Assembly (NCBI GenBank): GCA_951406725.2
Contig: OX597817.1
Location: 76,012,001 to 76,076,000, forward strand
Direction: 5' to 3'
Source of the DNA: Octopus vulgaris
Taxonomy: Eukaryota
Length of the DNA: 64,000 bases
The notes under the pieces are model-generated. The model was given only the letters and a program-made list of their open reading frames with translations, was not told the origin of the DNA and searched no databases. Shown piece by piece: positions 1 through 12,429 of the stretch. Numbering within the stretch: position 1 is the stretch's first letter; the number at the start of each line of letters is the position of its first letter. The position numbers were made by a program, and so were the translations under genes.

Positions 1-1
1 A

Positions 2-382
2 GAATTCCTTTTCAAAGAGGGACAAAAATTCAAGATCAAATCTAATTTTACTTGGGCTTCTGAAAACATAATTTATGTCATAAGATGCTCGGGCTGCCAC
101 CAAAACTACGTGGGGTCCACGGGACTATCACTCAGACGTAGATGCACTCTGCATCGACAACAGATTGCATTCCCAGAATACAGAATGATACCCTTTAGTG
201 AGCATATTGAGAAATGTGCAAAGCAACTACTACCACAATTTTTAATCTTTCCATTCTATCAATGTGCTATTGGAACACCAACACAAATTAGATTAAACAA
301 GGAAACATTCTTCATTGAAAATATAAACCCAAACTTAACCATTCTAACATTCTTATACAGAGAAACTCACCCCATTAAATAA
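2..382 (+). mobile_element. Penelope-like element, C-terminal GIY-YIG endonuclease (runs off the window start)
   Basis: Frame 2 reads ...KSNFTWASENIIYVIRCSGCHQNYVGSTGLSLRRRCTLHRQQI...RLNKETFFIENINPNL. This has the IIY..CxxC..YVG, R, H, E and N motifs of PLE GIY-YIG domains. Confidence 0.85.
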
Positions 383-509
383 AGGGAAAAGAAATATAAA
401 GCGATTATCTCCCTTATACCGGAAGAAATTGCTTATTACCGCCCCCTACCTGGAACTCTACTTTGCACTTCATAACAAAGACATAACACGATGTAGGTAA
501 AGACACTCG

Positions 510-546
510 AGAAATTTGAAAAGTTAACACGAAACCGGTAATTTCT
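510..546 (+). ncRNA. Degenerate minimal type-I hammerhead-like motif in the PLE 3' region
   Basis: agaaat-TTGAAAA-gttaacac-GAAA-CCG-GTA-atttct. Stem I is a perfect 6 bp and stem III is palindromic (ACCGGT); the core differs from CTGANGA at 2 positions. Confidence 0.55.
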
Positions 547-708
547 TCAAAAACAATGTTACTGTATGAAAAAAAAATTATAACATTCTTCCAACATAAT
601 GATTCAAATATATTCTTTAACCTTATGAAACAAGCCTTTTGTAGTTTTTTTCACTTTTTACTATTTTCTATATATCCAACCACGTGCTTTCACACACCAA
701 TTTTCTCA

Positions 709-744
<36 letters not shown>

Positions 745-799
745 CTCACACAATACGTGCTTGTGTGTATGAGTGTGTATATATAATTTCTGGAATACT

Positions 800-1510
800 T
801 GATTCATGACAGCCAAAAGGTGGACTGGGATTGGAAATGTTATGAATACGGCTGAAAGGAAAATTAATAAGGGCTTTGGGGATTGCTATTCTGTCAAAAG
901 TGGATTATTAGATATTTCACTTCGTCTAAAGTCTCACTCTTATAAACCGTGCCAAAAGCCTAACGAGAAACTTGCCTACAAACGTAAAGAGCCATGCCAC
1001 CCATAACTATATTGTTTAAAACCCTGACAGCTAACATTAGTAACAGGATTCCAATCTTTCTTATGAAGAAATATTTTAGTTAAGTATCTCCCAGAAAATT
1101 CCAAGTACAGAAATAGCAGTCGCTCATTAAATTATCATATAGCTACTGTCCCGTTATGAAGAGCATCATTACTCGTAAACACAACAACTGTCGAAAATCT
1201 GGAGCTCATCCACTTGACCAGGCGTGTACAATAAACCCCTTCTTATATGGTGCAGAAATAACAGCAACTCTACATGTTAAGTTGATCGGGTTAAGCGAAG
1301 GTGACTTCAAAAATCAATATGCTGATAACCTATCTTATTTCTGGCACATGGTTAGTCATGTATGGAGCTTCAAAACCAATTCCACGCCAAATGCAATCAA
1401 ATGAAAATCGTAAAACATACATGCTATGTGTTGATGGTTCCAAAAAATGCAAACTGCATAGCTGGAGAGATGACATATTCTTTCGAGATCTAAGAACTTC
1501 ACTATACCAC
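800..1510 (+). mobile_element. Decayed Penelope-like element (RT thumb, linker, GIY-YIG)
   Basis: Frameshifted pieces LLDISLRLKSHSYKPCQKPNEKLAY..HP, KLSYSYCPVMKSII, NCRKSGAHPLDQAC..LYGAEITA and IGLSEGDFKNQY match PLE motifs (FLDV..YKP..N..HP; VSYSCMPN; CNCR..CPL..C; YIG). Confidence 0.7.
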
Positions 1511-2091
1511 TGAGTTTCAGATCAGTAATTTTCAGCTAATGCAAACACATGGAAAAGTTCCTTGTGGTGGAGGGAACAGCACCCCTCAAATCAAACAGCT
1601 GTATCACAAAAGTTAGATCCCTTGCGTTGATTCTACATCAACCTGCTTTATAACTTTATTCTCAAAGGGGATATAAATCTAATGCGCTTCTAGTTTTTTC
1701 TTTTTCCGTTTCTTTCACCATTTCTCGTGAATTCTCTATTATCGTGATTGCTCTATTGTCCTGATCTGTACCTTGTACAGGCCACGTGATTAGAGCCTGA
1801 ATTGCTTGGAGACACTAAGTATGTTATTCAAATATATAAATATACAAAGGGATGTACATGAAGTACAATCATTGCTAGAAGCTCTACGTAGTGCCGATAG
1901 CTTACCGGCCGCTCTTTCTAGCAATGATCGTACTTCATGTACATCCACTTTGTGTATTTATAATTCTACCTTTTATGGTGCTTTATTGTTGCTGGATAGT
2001 AATTTTATTTTTAGTAATATGTATATTTCTTGTATATACATATGTATGTCTGTGTGTGCGTGCTTATGTGTGTGTGGCTGTGCGGAAAGAA

Positions 2092-2303
2092 GGGGCGGGT
2101 GCGGCTGTGTGGTAGGAGGCTTGCTTCTCATCCACATGGTTCCGCGTTCAGTCCCACTGCGTAGTACCTTGGGCAAGTGTCTTCTACTATAGCCTCGGGC
2201 CCATCGAGGCCTTGTGAGTGGATTTGGTAGACGGAAACTGGACGAAGGCCGTTGTACACATATATATACATACACACACACACAGACACACAAACACACA
2301 CAC

Positions 2304-2366
<63 letters not shown>

Positions 2367-2745
2367 CGTGTATGTGTGTGTATATTCTTTTACTAGTTTC
2401 AGTCATTTCACTGCGGCCATGAGGGACAACCGCCTTTAGTCGAGGAAATCGTCCCCAGGACTTATTCTTTGTACGCCTAGTACTTATTCTATCGGTTTTT
2501 TTTACAGATCACAGCACCATCGGTTGTCAAGCAATGTTGGTGGAACAAGCACAGACACACAAACACACACACACACACATATACATATATACGACGGGCT
2601 TCTTTCGGTTTCCGTCTACCAAATCCACTCACAAGGCTTTGGTCGGCCCGAGGCTATAATAGAAGACACTTGTCCAAGCTTCCACACAGAGGTACCGAAC
2701 CCGGAACCATGTCGTTGGTAAGCAAGCTTCTTACCACACAACACT

Positions 2746-2808
<63 letters not shown>

Positions 2809-2905
2809 ATGTGTGGGTCTGTGTTTGTCCCCCAACGTCACTTGACAACCGATGCTGGTGTGTTTACGTCCCCGTAACTTAGCAGTTCGGAGAGACCGAT
2901 AGAAT
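2092..2905 (+). mobile_element. tRNA-headed SINE family B, split by an antisense copy of the same family
   Basis: The head ggctgtgtggtag..ggttccgcgttcagtcccactgcgtagtaccttgggcaagtgtcttct is followed by an internal microsatellite, and the body resumes near 2820 (gtttgtcccccaacgtcacttgacaaccgatgctgg). Confidence 0.8.
2386..2745 (-). mobile_element. SINE family B, antisense nested copy
   Basis: Reverse complement of the family B head, body and tail (compare 29182-29587). Confidence 0.8.
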
Positions 2906-3072
2906 ATATTTATTTATATATATTATACAAAATATTTCACATCAACCCGGAGTTTCTACATTTACAAACAGGGTGTTATGTTCTTATTGTTTGTGTGATC
3001 TTTTGCTGCCTTGGTAACTATTTATTTATTTTTTCCTTGTTAATTGTAAACAAGGGAAAAATGCACACATCA

Positions 3073-3106
<34 letters not shown>

Positions 3107-3190
3107 CTTAATTCTACTTTCATTCTCTTATTTCCCACTATATTCCCTATCTTTTCTACAATAATTCGAACTCAAATATTTTCTCACACT

Positions 3191-3233
3191 GCCTCTGATG
3201 ACGTCTATGATATCCCAGAAACAGCTGTAAGAT
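3191..3233 (+). ncRNA. Minimal type-I hammerhead-like motif with an intact core
   Basis: gcct-CTGATGA-cgtctatgatatccca-GAAA-CAGCT-GTA-agat. The core is canonical and stem III is palindromic; stems I and II are eroded. It lies in a ~190-bp cassette between (TA)n tracts. Confidence 0.65.
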
Positions 3234-3292
3234 TATTTCATTATAAATGTCTTGAAAACTCCTCACAGACTTGAACATGTTATTGAATTCCG

Positions 3293-3333
<41 letters not shown>

Positions 3334-3429
3334 CTGCTCGCTTAGCCAGCGGGGTGGCGTCATCTGAAGGCTAAAACAATGCGGAGGGCATTGTGACCAA
3401 CGATGTGTAGCAACATCTGATAGCCTGGT

Positions 3430-4510
3430 CGATTCAAATCTTTCCCCTTCCCTCCTGGCTCCTCCAAACTTCGCTTTACAATGGACATCCAGAGCCTCTA
3501 CACTGTGATCCCTCACCACAAGGGGCTGCGTGCACTGAAACACTTCCTGGACCTCCGACTCAATCCCCAACACAACACCTCCACACTCGTTCGTCTAGCC
3601 GAAATTGTCCTCTCAACTGTTTCTCGTTCGTGAGCGAGTTCTACCAGCAGTAGCAATGGGAACGAGAATGGGCCCCAACTATGCGAACCTGTTCGTTGGC
3701 TATATTGAGGCCCAAATATTCTCTAGTTTCACTGGTCCCACTCCCGAACTATATGGCCGTTATATTGACGACTGTATCGGTGCCACCTCACTCTCCCGCC
3801 AACATCTAGACTCCTTCCTCTCATTCGTCAAATCTTTCCATCCTGCCCTCCACTTCTCCTGCACTATCTCTGACACCTTTGTCTCCTTTCTTGACATTTC
3901 GGTCAGCATTCATCACTCCACTCTTACCACCTCCATCCACTATAAACATACAGACTCACACTCATACCTAAACTTCTCCTCCTCCCACCCCAAACACACT
4001 AAGCTTTCCATCCCCTATTCCCAATTCCTCCGTCTACGCAGGCTCTGTAGTAACGACCATGACTTTGAGACTCAGTCTCAACTCATGGCTCGCCACTTCA
4101 TTCTACGTGGATATCCCCTCACCACTATCCACACCGCCCTTGCCAGAGCACGTTCCGTGGACCGTGCATCTTCTCGCTCCCCCTGAACCCGCCCCGCAGT
4201 CTCTCGCCTCCCTTTTCTCCTCACCTACCACCCGACCACCCTACCTCTCCAACGTACCATTCTCCGACCTTTCCGGCATCTCCAGTCCGACCCGTCCACT
4301 TCACACATCTTCCTTAACCGACCCCTCCCCTCCTTCAAACGAGCCCACAACCTACGAGACCTCTTGGTCCACAGCTTCTTCCCCAACCCTACCTCCCAAC
4401 CTGGTTCGTTCCCACGCTGCCGCACTTGCCCTTACCTCTCCAACACCACCCTCCTCACCGGACCCTATCGCATCATCGACTCCTTCACCAGCACCTCTTC
4501 CCAAATTCAT
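3430..4510 (+). mobile_element. Penelope-like element reverse transcriptase fragment
   Basis: FTMDIQSLYTVIPH; AMGTRMGPNYANLFVGYIE; YGRYIDD; SFLDISV; YKHTDSHSYLNFSSSHPKHTKLSIPYSQFLRLRRLCS. It is frameshifted and truncated before the endonuclease. Confidence 0.92.
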
Positions 4511-4769
4511 TGTCCGTAACAAAAAATACTCCTCCAGTACTGTACTGATCTCGTCTACAGAATTTATAGTTCTTCCGTCTAAATGATTTTGAAGGCTGGG
4601 GAATAATAATCAGATAGCGCAATGTCCGGCGAATATGGTTGGTGGTGCATGGTTTCCCATTCCCTTTGTTATCGTTTGGTTTGGTTTTAAAAGTTCAAAG
4701 TGGATTAAACCTTGCATGTCTCACCAAACAGCAAACATCTAAAGTAGGTGAAGACCTTCTTTAGCCTGG

Positions 4770-5462
4770 GTTTCCGGAATATCTTTTTTCCTTACCCACT
4801 GACTTCGGCGCTTGACGTTTTTATAGAGAACCCATTTTTTAGTCACCATTCACTCTTCGATCAAAAAAAAAAATAAATAACATTCATTCGTGAGACTTGA
4901 CAGCAAAGACGAGCACACATTCATACTCTGCGCGTGATTAGACTCGGAAAGTTTGCGAGGAACTCATTGACTCAATTTAGTGACTTTTCGATATATGTAC
5001 GTGTCGATGAATGCTTGAATGACCAAATCCAAGCTTCTCCGCTAGTTCCTCATCAGCTACGATGGGATGTTGTTCCTCGTCGAGCTCTATAGATCTTCCA
5101 AGTGAAGGCTCGTCTTTTAGGCTGTAGATTCCACCTCGAAATTTCTGAAACGACCGTTGACACTGGCTTACGATTATTGTCTGATCCCCATATACTGCAT
5201 TAATATTCTTCGTACTGTCAGATACGTTGTTGCCTTTATTGAACTCATAAAGCAAAATATGCCAAATATTCTCCTTTGTCATTTCCATTATAGCTTTGAA
5301 ATAGTAATTGTTATAATCGAACTGCACACTTCAAACCTTGCACTGAGAATAGGTACATGGTAAAATTACTTTCTGTTTTTATAGAAAGTTGATGTAGGTA
5401 GTTTGTCCCGTTCTTCTCCGACTTTTAGTTCATGCAATTGAAAAATCGTATTATTTATGGGA
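4770..5462 (-). mobile_element. Mariner transposon, 5' half (TIR, HTH region, start of the catalytic domain)
   Basis: MEMTKENIWHILLYEFNKGNN..INAVYGD..QCQRSFQKFRGG.YSLKDEP..GR, then ..GD*KWVLYKNVKRRSQW. The end motif is ttatttatgggatg. Confidence 0.85.
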
Positions 5463-5484
5463 TGGATATATATATATATATATC

Positions 5485-5573
<89 letters not shown>

Positions 5574-5574
5574 T

Positions 5575-5705
5575 ACATTCTTTTATTCTTTTATTCTCTC
5601 AGTTATTTGACTCTAACCATGATGGGGCACCGCATTGAAGTATTTTAGTCGAAGAAATGGACTCTAGGCCTTTTTTCTCAGCCTAATACTTATTTTATCA
5701 GTCTT
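5575..5705 (-). mobile_element. SINE family B 3' tail remnant
   Basis: gcaccgc..ttagtcga..agcctaatacttattttatcagtc is the reverse complement of the family B tail. Confidence 0.6.
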
Positions 5706-5719
5706 TTCTTTGCTTTTTT

Positions 5720-5943
5720 TTGAACTCATAAAGCCAAATATGCTCCTTAGTCACTTCCATTATAGCTTTGAAAAAATAAGTGTTAAAATCGAACTGCACT
5801 CTTCAAAATTTGCACTAAGAATAAATACAAGATAAAATTACTACCTGCTTTTATAGCAAGTTGATGCAGGTAGCCTATCTCGTCCTCCTCCGACTTTTAG
5901 TTCATGCAATTGAAAAAACCGCATTATTTATGGGATGATCCAG
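5720..5943 (-). mobile_element. Second mariner 5' end (TIR, 5' UTR, start of transposase)
   Basis: Diverged direct repeat of ~5240-5462 (ttccattatagctttgaaa..ccgacttttagttcatgcaattgaaaaa..ttatttatgggatga). Confidence 0.8.
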
Positions 5944-6448
5944 TGCATCTCGCTAAAGTGATATGTTGCTTCAGATTTTCTTATGTGGGTTATCGTTTGA
6001 TTATCAATCTCAGTTTACAGACGCATGATGATTTCTCAAAAAAAAAAATTAAAGTCTATTTTAATGTCGAAGAAGGTAATTGTTTTTAATAAATTTCCTT
6101 ATTCTAATTATTGTTATTAGACGTATGTAATTAAAACAATATACAAGTAAAATTGGAAATAAAATAATGATCTGATTTAAAGTTCGCCTGAAAATAGTTC
6201 ATTAACTATGCACTATTAATACTGTCACCTATGTATAGACCACATCAGTGAGCAATTGCTGTTTGCCGTACATATATTCATGCATGCACACGTATGTACA
6301 CACACACACACACTCATACATACATGCATGCATATATACATACACACGTACGTAAGCATGTAATTACAGACATTGTGAACTATAATAAATATCACCCATG
6401 CCATGCATACGTGCATGCACACATACATGCAAGAATACATACACACGC

Positions 6449-6539
<91 letters not shown>

Positions 6540-6654
6540 GGAAGGAGTGAAATAAATGCATGTATACATATAAGTGAATAGATAGACATACATAAATATG
6601 TCTGTTTATAAATATGTAGGGGTATACATATGTACACACACTTACAGACATCTG

Positions 6655-6709
<55 letters not shown>

Positions 6710-6710
6710 G

Positions 6711-7018
6711 AGGGAGGATCACTAAGTGGACATCCATTATGCTAGATGTAGACCCCATATGGTCTGACCACTAAGAAAAGATTGTTCCCAAGAAAATTCA
6801 GCAAACGCTAGAACGTAAGCGAGTAAGACAAATGAAAAGATACAAAATATATTTTATATATTATATATTTTATATTATATATTTTGTATCTTTTCATTTG
6901 TCTTGCTCGCTTACGTTCTGGCGTTTGCTGAATTTCCTTGAGAACAATCTTTTCTTAGTGGTCAGACCATATGGGGTCTACATCTAGAATAATGGTTGTC
7001 CTCTTAGTAGTCATCCCT
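6711..7018. repeat. Long inverted repeat (fold-back) with ~140-bp arms and an AT-rich spacer
   Basis: 6711-~6852 is the reverse complement of ~6877-7018, with about ten mismatches. Confidence 0.95.
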
Positions 7019-7345
7019 ATTATATATATGCAATATAATTTTTCTGAATCTTCAAATTTTTTAGTATGATAGGCCACCATCTATATCAGTGCACTTCGTG
7101 CGTTTGCTGTTAAGATGTTCGCCAAGAATAGTGAGTCCTAAATTTTTGACAGCACCTCTGTGTGTCCAGACGACTCTGGTACTCAGTCGCTTAACATATT
7201 GTTAAATTCCAATATATTATTACGTCAATGCAATAGCAATACCAGATGTGATATTGCTGATATTTTAGTGTCTGAAAGGATTTTCATTTTAGAATTTAGA
7301 ACGAGTAGAAAACAAAGGATCTAATTGATTTCAAAAATATATTTT

Positions 7346-7390
7346 GCTCTACAGCTGTTTCTATGACTCACATTAACACATTGTCAGCCA
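7346..7390 (-). ncRNA. Degenerate hammerhead-like motif
   Basis: The minus strand reads ggCTGACAA..GAAACAGCTGTAgagc, sharing the GAAACAGCTGTA signature with the 3191 motif. Confidence 0.4.
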
Positions 7391-7541
7391 TATAATAATT
7401 ATATAATTATTAACTACATTTCTTAAATTAATTTAATTGAATGTAAAGTGGAAGTAACTCCAGAAGTAATATATTTCAAATATTTATCTGTATATTTTCA
7501 TCTCTTTCCTTACCTTTTTCTGCCAAACTTTGTCTCTCCCC

Positions 7542-7736
<195 letters not shown>

Positions 7737-8384
7737 GTATGCATGTATATTACATATTAGGTATCTACTGAACTATCTTTTTCTCTCTAAATAGTTCATT
7801 TCATTTGCCTCGCTTCTTAAAATGTACTATATATAAGCATTTTAAATACACCATATACAAGCCAGGTGATAATTCAGCCACCAGTTCTGCATTTTGATAG
7901 ATATAGCAACCAACTTTGCTTCAATTACATTGAGAAGTATATACTAAATGTTCTTGATACATGATACCTGCCACGAAATATGTGATCGTCTCGACATGAG
8001 TTTTTCGTGCCCATAGAGCGACTTCAATTTCCGCCTGATCAAGCTTTGTGCACGTCAACGAATGTACTCTTTGATGTTTTTATATTTAAGAACTATCGCT
8101 TTTGTAAGGTTGTGAATGACGAATTCGGTATATGTAGCTGACGACGCACATTGACGCAGAAACGTCTGTATGTGGTGATCCGATGATGTCAATCATAGAC
8201 AAACGAGCTCTTCCTCATGCTTCGTAAGAAGGAATTTCTCGCAGAGCCAGTCTTGCAGTGTAAGGTCTTTCCACGTCCGTCTGTTTACGATCATCGTAAA
8301 TACTGCACTCGAATATACAACAACAACAACATCAACAATGAAGACTGAGAAGACATAAAAATAAATACAGAAATGATAAAAAGC

Positions 8385-8950
8385 AGTTTATAAAATTCCA
8401 AAATTGGAAGATCCCAGGACCGGATGGGGTCTAAAGTTATTGCATGAAGAAGCTGAGAGGACTCCATGAAACTATTAACTAGATGAGTGCTTGCAGGAAA
8501 GCGCAGTACCCAGCTGGATGACAAAGAGAAAAACATTGTTATGTGCCAAGGATCTTGAAAAGGGAAATGTTGCATTCAACTTTAGAGCAATGACATGCCT
8601 TCTGCCAATGTGGAAACTAATGTCAGGTACTTTTGGCCTGTGAACTGTATAGATACTTTTGAAAAAAGTGGGTTGCTACCTATTGAATAGAAAAGGTGCC
8701 GAGTCGCTGGGGAACAAAGGGTCAACACTTAATTGATAATCTAATTATCAGGAACTGCAAGAGAAGACATACAAACCTGAGCATGACATGGGTTGACTAT
8801 CGTAAAGTATACGATATGATACCACTCCTGAATAATCAGAACAATGGAAATGTATAGAGTAGCAGAAAATATGAAAAGCTTTATATGGAATAGAATGCAA
8901 TGCTGGAGAACAGAATTGACAGCAGAGAATCAAATATTAGGAGAGGTATT
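8385..8950 (+). mobile_element. R4/Dong-like non-LTR retrotransposon RT fragment
   Basis: [43 protein letters not shown] and WRTELTA appear in shifted frames. Confidence 0.75.
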
Positions 8951-9039
8951 GGCTATACATCAGAATATCGTCGCAATGTGAACAAATACTGGCATCTGAA
9001 TTTTTATTTGCTTATTCATCACCTACAGCTTTCATTCTT

Positions 9040-9990
9040 ATATCCTGTACTGTCAGTGGTAGTTCTTGGATAACATTCATCATAACACTTCTAATTTCAC
9101 TTCCTGTCTGCAGAGCAGCTATAATAGTCTCTTCTAGTGGATCCATGTTTTTGGAATTAATCTTGAACAGCAGTCCGCATGACAGATTTTTTCGATGGAA
9201 TGTATTGCATTTTGAAATTATAATTTAGTAATATTACGCCCCAACGTTGCAGGCGGTTCACAGTATGAGTCGGTAACCCTTTGTTAGACCCATAAATTGA
9301 CAGCAACGGTCCATAGTCTGTTTGCAATAAAATATTTCTGCCAAGCAGAAATCTGTGAAATTTGTTAACTGCAAAAATAATTACTCGGGCCTCCGTTTCA
9401 ATTTAACTATATCTCTTCGCTACCGCTATTAGCGATCGCGAAACATGAACCACTGGTTTTGTACTTCCGTCTTCGTATTTATGAAGTAGAATTGCACCTA
9501 ATCTGTGCTTGGACGCATCAGACGCTACAATAATGTCCATTTCTGGATAGTAATGTGCTAACGACAGGTCTGAGATTGCCTTTTTTCATTTCTTCAAAAG
9601 TGTTCTAGCATTTTTGTGGGCCAATTCTCCTTTACTCTTTTTTTTTTAATAATTCGTTCAATGGAGCTTTTAACTTGTGCATATTAGGAATGTAGCCTTG
9701 ATAGTAGTTTACCAGCCCAAGAAATGCTTGTAAAGTTGGAATATTTGTCAGTGCAGGCATATTCCTTATTGTGTCTCCCCTCGACGGGCCAGGACATCTA
9801 CCACTTTTATCAATTATTTGCCGTAAGTACTTCATTTGGGGTAGAAGGAATTCACATTTTTCTTCACTCAAAGTGAACCCGAAAAGTTTAATTTTCTTAA
9901 ACACAGCTATGTGTTCCACATGACGCTCACGCGAATTACTCTTCTTCAAAATATCGCCCAAGTATGGGATTGCAAATTCACAATCAGATA
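9040..9990 (-). mobile_element. Ty3/Gypsy LTR-retrotransposon pol fragment (RT C-terminus and RNase H)
   Basis: FAIPYLGDIL (decayed YLDD)..KCEF..KYL..LQAFLGLVNYY..IPN..APLNELLKK, then IIVASDAS..LGAILLH..SRSL..IETEA..FAVNKFHRFL.GR..LQTD..PL..RLQRW..L..YNF. Confidence 0.9.
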
Positions 9991-10634
9991 ATACACTTCA
10001 ACAATGTAATAACAATATAATGGAAACAAACGGCAGTAACCACATGGAACGTATCTTTTAAGAACCAACAATCCATCACACTAACTCCATCTTAGAACTG
10101 TCAACACACGAACTGTGGAAATAGAGCGATGATTTTATTCAAACCATAATGGTTTTAAAATGAGGTGACAATACACGGGGCAAATGGAATCGGGGACTTA
10201 TCGAATGATATTACATATATGAATAACTACATTATAATTTCGGATGAAAATAAAGCAAAAATGAATGGACGCAGAATGGGTTTGATCCCACCAACCACAT
10301 TCCTGCGTTGTACTGTTTACTTCGTCCTTTTTTTTTACTCCGCCTGATTAGGCACTTAAATACCCATCATTTGGGCTACTATCTTCCATTATCTTTCGTA
10401 CTTTTTTTATGTCAGGCATTTCTTCCTCAGCCACGCTTTTCCTAAGTGATATAAAAAGAGGCTGACCAAAGCATGTCCGGAGACGAAGGTGCCTGATGCT
10501 ATACCTCTTCCACGCGTCTTCCATATCTCCTCTTTCGCTATAGCTATTACTACCTCAGTTACTCAGACCGTTACTATTTATGTGTAGTAGTCCAGTCCAT
10601 TCTCACCAGGGGGGAGGGTCGTACTCTCACAAAA

Positions 10635-10920
10635 CAGTGAAGATAGCGCCAATTATGGATGGGTCCTTGGGAACAGTATCAGAAGGCATCGAAAAGAATA
10701 TAAAGGAAATTGTAATAGAGTACCCAGTAGAACTGTTACAAAAGGTTTGCCTCCTTGGCATGGCCAAAATAAAATGGAAAGTATTAGATAGCTGAAAACG
10801 GATAGTATGGTACCGTAAGCTGCAGGTAGCAAACCCGCTATGCATGCAAGACCGTAGGAGCACTAACAAAACTTAGGATAAAGAGATAAATATTGTGGAT
10901 AGCGGTGATAATGAAACTAA
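10635..10920 (+). mobile_element. R4/Dong-like LINE 3' end (REL C-terminus and 3' UTR)
   Basis: VKIAPIMDGSLGTVSEGIEK..ELLQKVCLLGMAKIKWKVL* matches the P.V.GALG..LQKA.LLGTA.I.R.VL terminus of R4-clade ORFs. Confidence 0.75.
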
Positions 10921-12375
10921 AGCGCTTGACAGAGTTGCACCCGGCGAGCTTAGAAACACTGGTCCGACTCTCGCCTCTCGTTATCCAGCAAAGGACCAGT
11001 ACATATGGCTTAGTTGGAGCAAACAAGTCAGTGCTGTGGTCATGGAGTGTTACTACCTGAGCAACCCGTAGACGAAAATGGGGATCATCTTAGGGATACC
11101 GACAACGTATTTATGATCAATGGAGGGAAATAGGATTGTTTCAACTCACGGAATAGAGATTATGTGATCAAGCCAGAGCAAAAAGAAAACATCATTGTTT
11201 CACAGAAGTAGAGCTCGAAGCTATCTAAAGATGGGTATTGGAAAACAGCAACAGAGGAAACGGTGAAAATATAGTTCCTGCTGATAAAAGTAATCTCTTA
11301 GCAGAAAACAGAGGTGAAATATCTAATAAAACACAGGAAAGGAACAGTGATATCTTGCTCGATGAGAAATATATAGATGGTTTGGAAGAAGACAATAAAA
11401 CTAATGGTGACAGATAGGCAAAAAGTAATATACGACACAATAAAGACAAAGCTACAGGAGAACGATAGCAACATTATTTGCAACCTTAAAAAAGATTGAT
11501 CGGTGGAAATCGTACCAAGAAACGAAAAATGTCAATGAGATTCTGAATTACATCAGAACAAAGTAGATCACAGAAAAAACAATTTGATCAAGGCAGTAAG
11601 TATTCTTGTAGCAGAAAATAATATAGGTGTTGATGTCAATAAATATAATGGGAGTGACAAAAGAAAAGATCCATAGTGAAAAAGAAGAATACAGGCGGAG
11701 TTAAATATGCTCTTGAAAGACATTTCTGTGTTAGACCGAAAAGGGAAGGAGGGAGCTTAAAAGTGAACAAAAATACAGGTCACTGAAAAGAAAGTATGAT
11801 ATTGAAAGGAAGGGCTTGAACGTGGTAATGAAGGAATTGAAACAGCACCTCGTTGCAAAGAAAGCAAAGACGACTAAATAATGAAGGGTTACCAGCAGAA
11901 TAAGTTATTCAGATTAGATCAGAAGAGATTGTACGAAGAAATAAATGGAGAGTGTACAGATGAAAAGTTGATACCAGATAACATTGAAAGTCAAAAGTTT
12001 TGGAGTGAAATCTAGAGCAAAGACAAGGAGCACAAGAAGGATGCTGAATAGTTACAAAAACTGAAGCAAACAGTAGTCTGTCCAAAACAGGCAAAACTAG
12101 TCATTTCAGTTGTGGAACTGAAGGAAATCAGCAAAGAAAAAAGAAAAGAGAAAATGGGCAACTTTAGGGCCCCGGGACCAGATGGTGTTCAAGGCTACTG
12201 GATCAAAATATTTTGTGAGTGTCATGCACGAATAGCTGCACAACTCAACACCTTGTTAAATGCCAACCAAGTAACACTAGAGTGGTTGACAATAGGTATG
12301 ACAGTGCTATGCTTGAAAAACACTGAGAAAGGCAATACGGTGGACAATTACAGGCCGATATCCTGCTTGCTACTC
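10921..12375 (+). mobile_element. R4/Dong-like LINE 5' portion (N-terminal domain to start of RT)
   Basis: WSKQVSAVVMECYYLS..GYRQRIYDQWRE..TE*RLCDQAR..TEVELE, later NFRAPGPDGVQGYWIK..WLTIGMTVL..K..EKGN.VDNYRPISCL. Confidence 0.85.
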
Positions 12376-12429
12376 AATACCGCTAAGCTAATATTTGCGA
12401 TTTTGAAATAGATGTTAAAAGAGAATCAG

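Noticed and set aside
3605-4186. 193-aa ORF as a functional RT or telomerase-like gene
   Set aside because: It is an internal fragment of a frameshifted, truncated Penelope-like RT.
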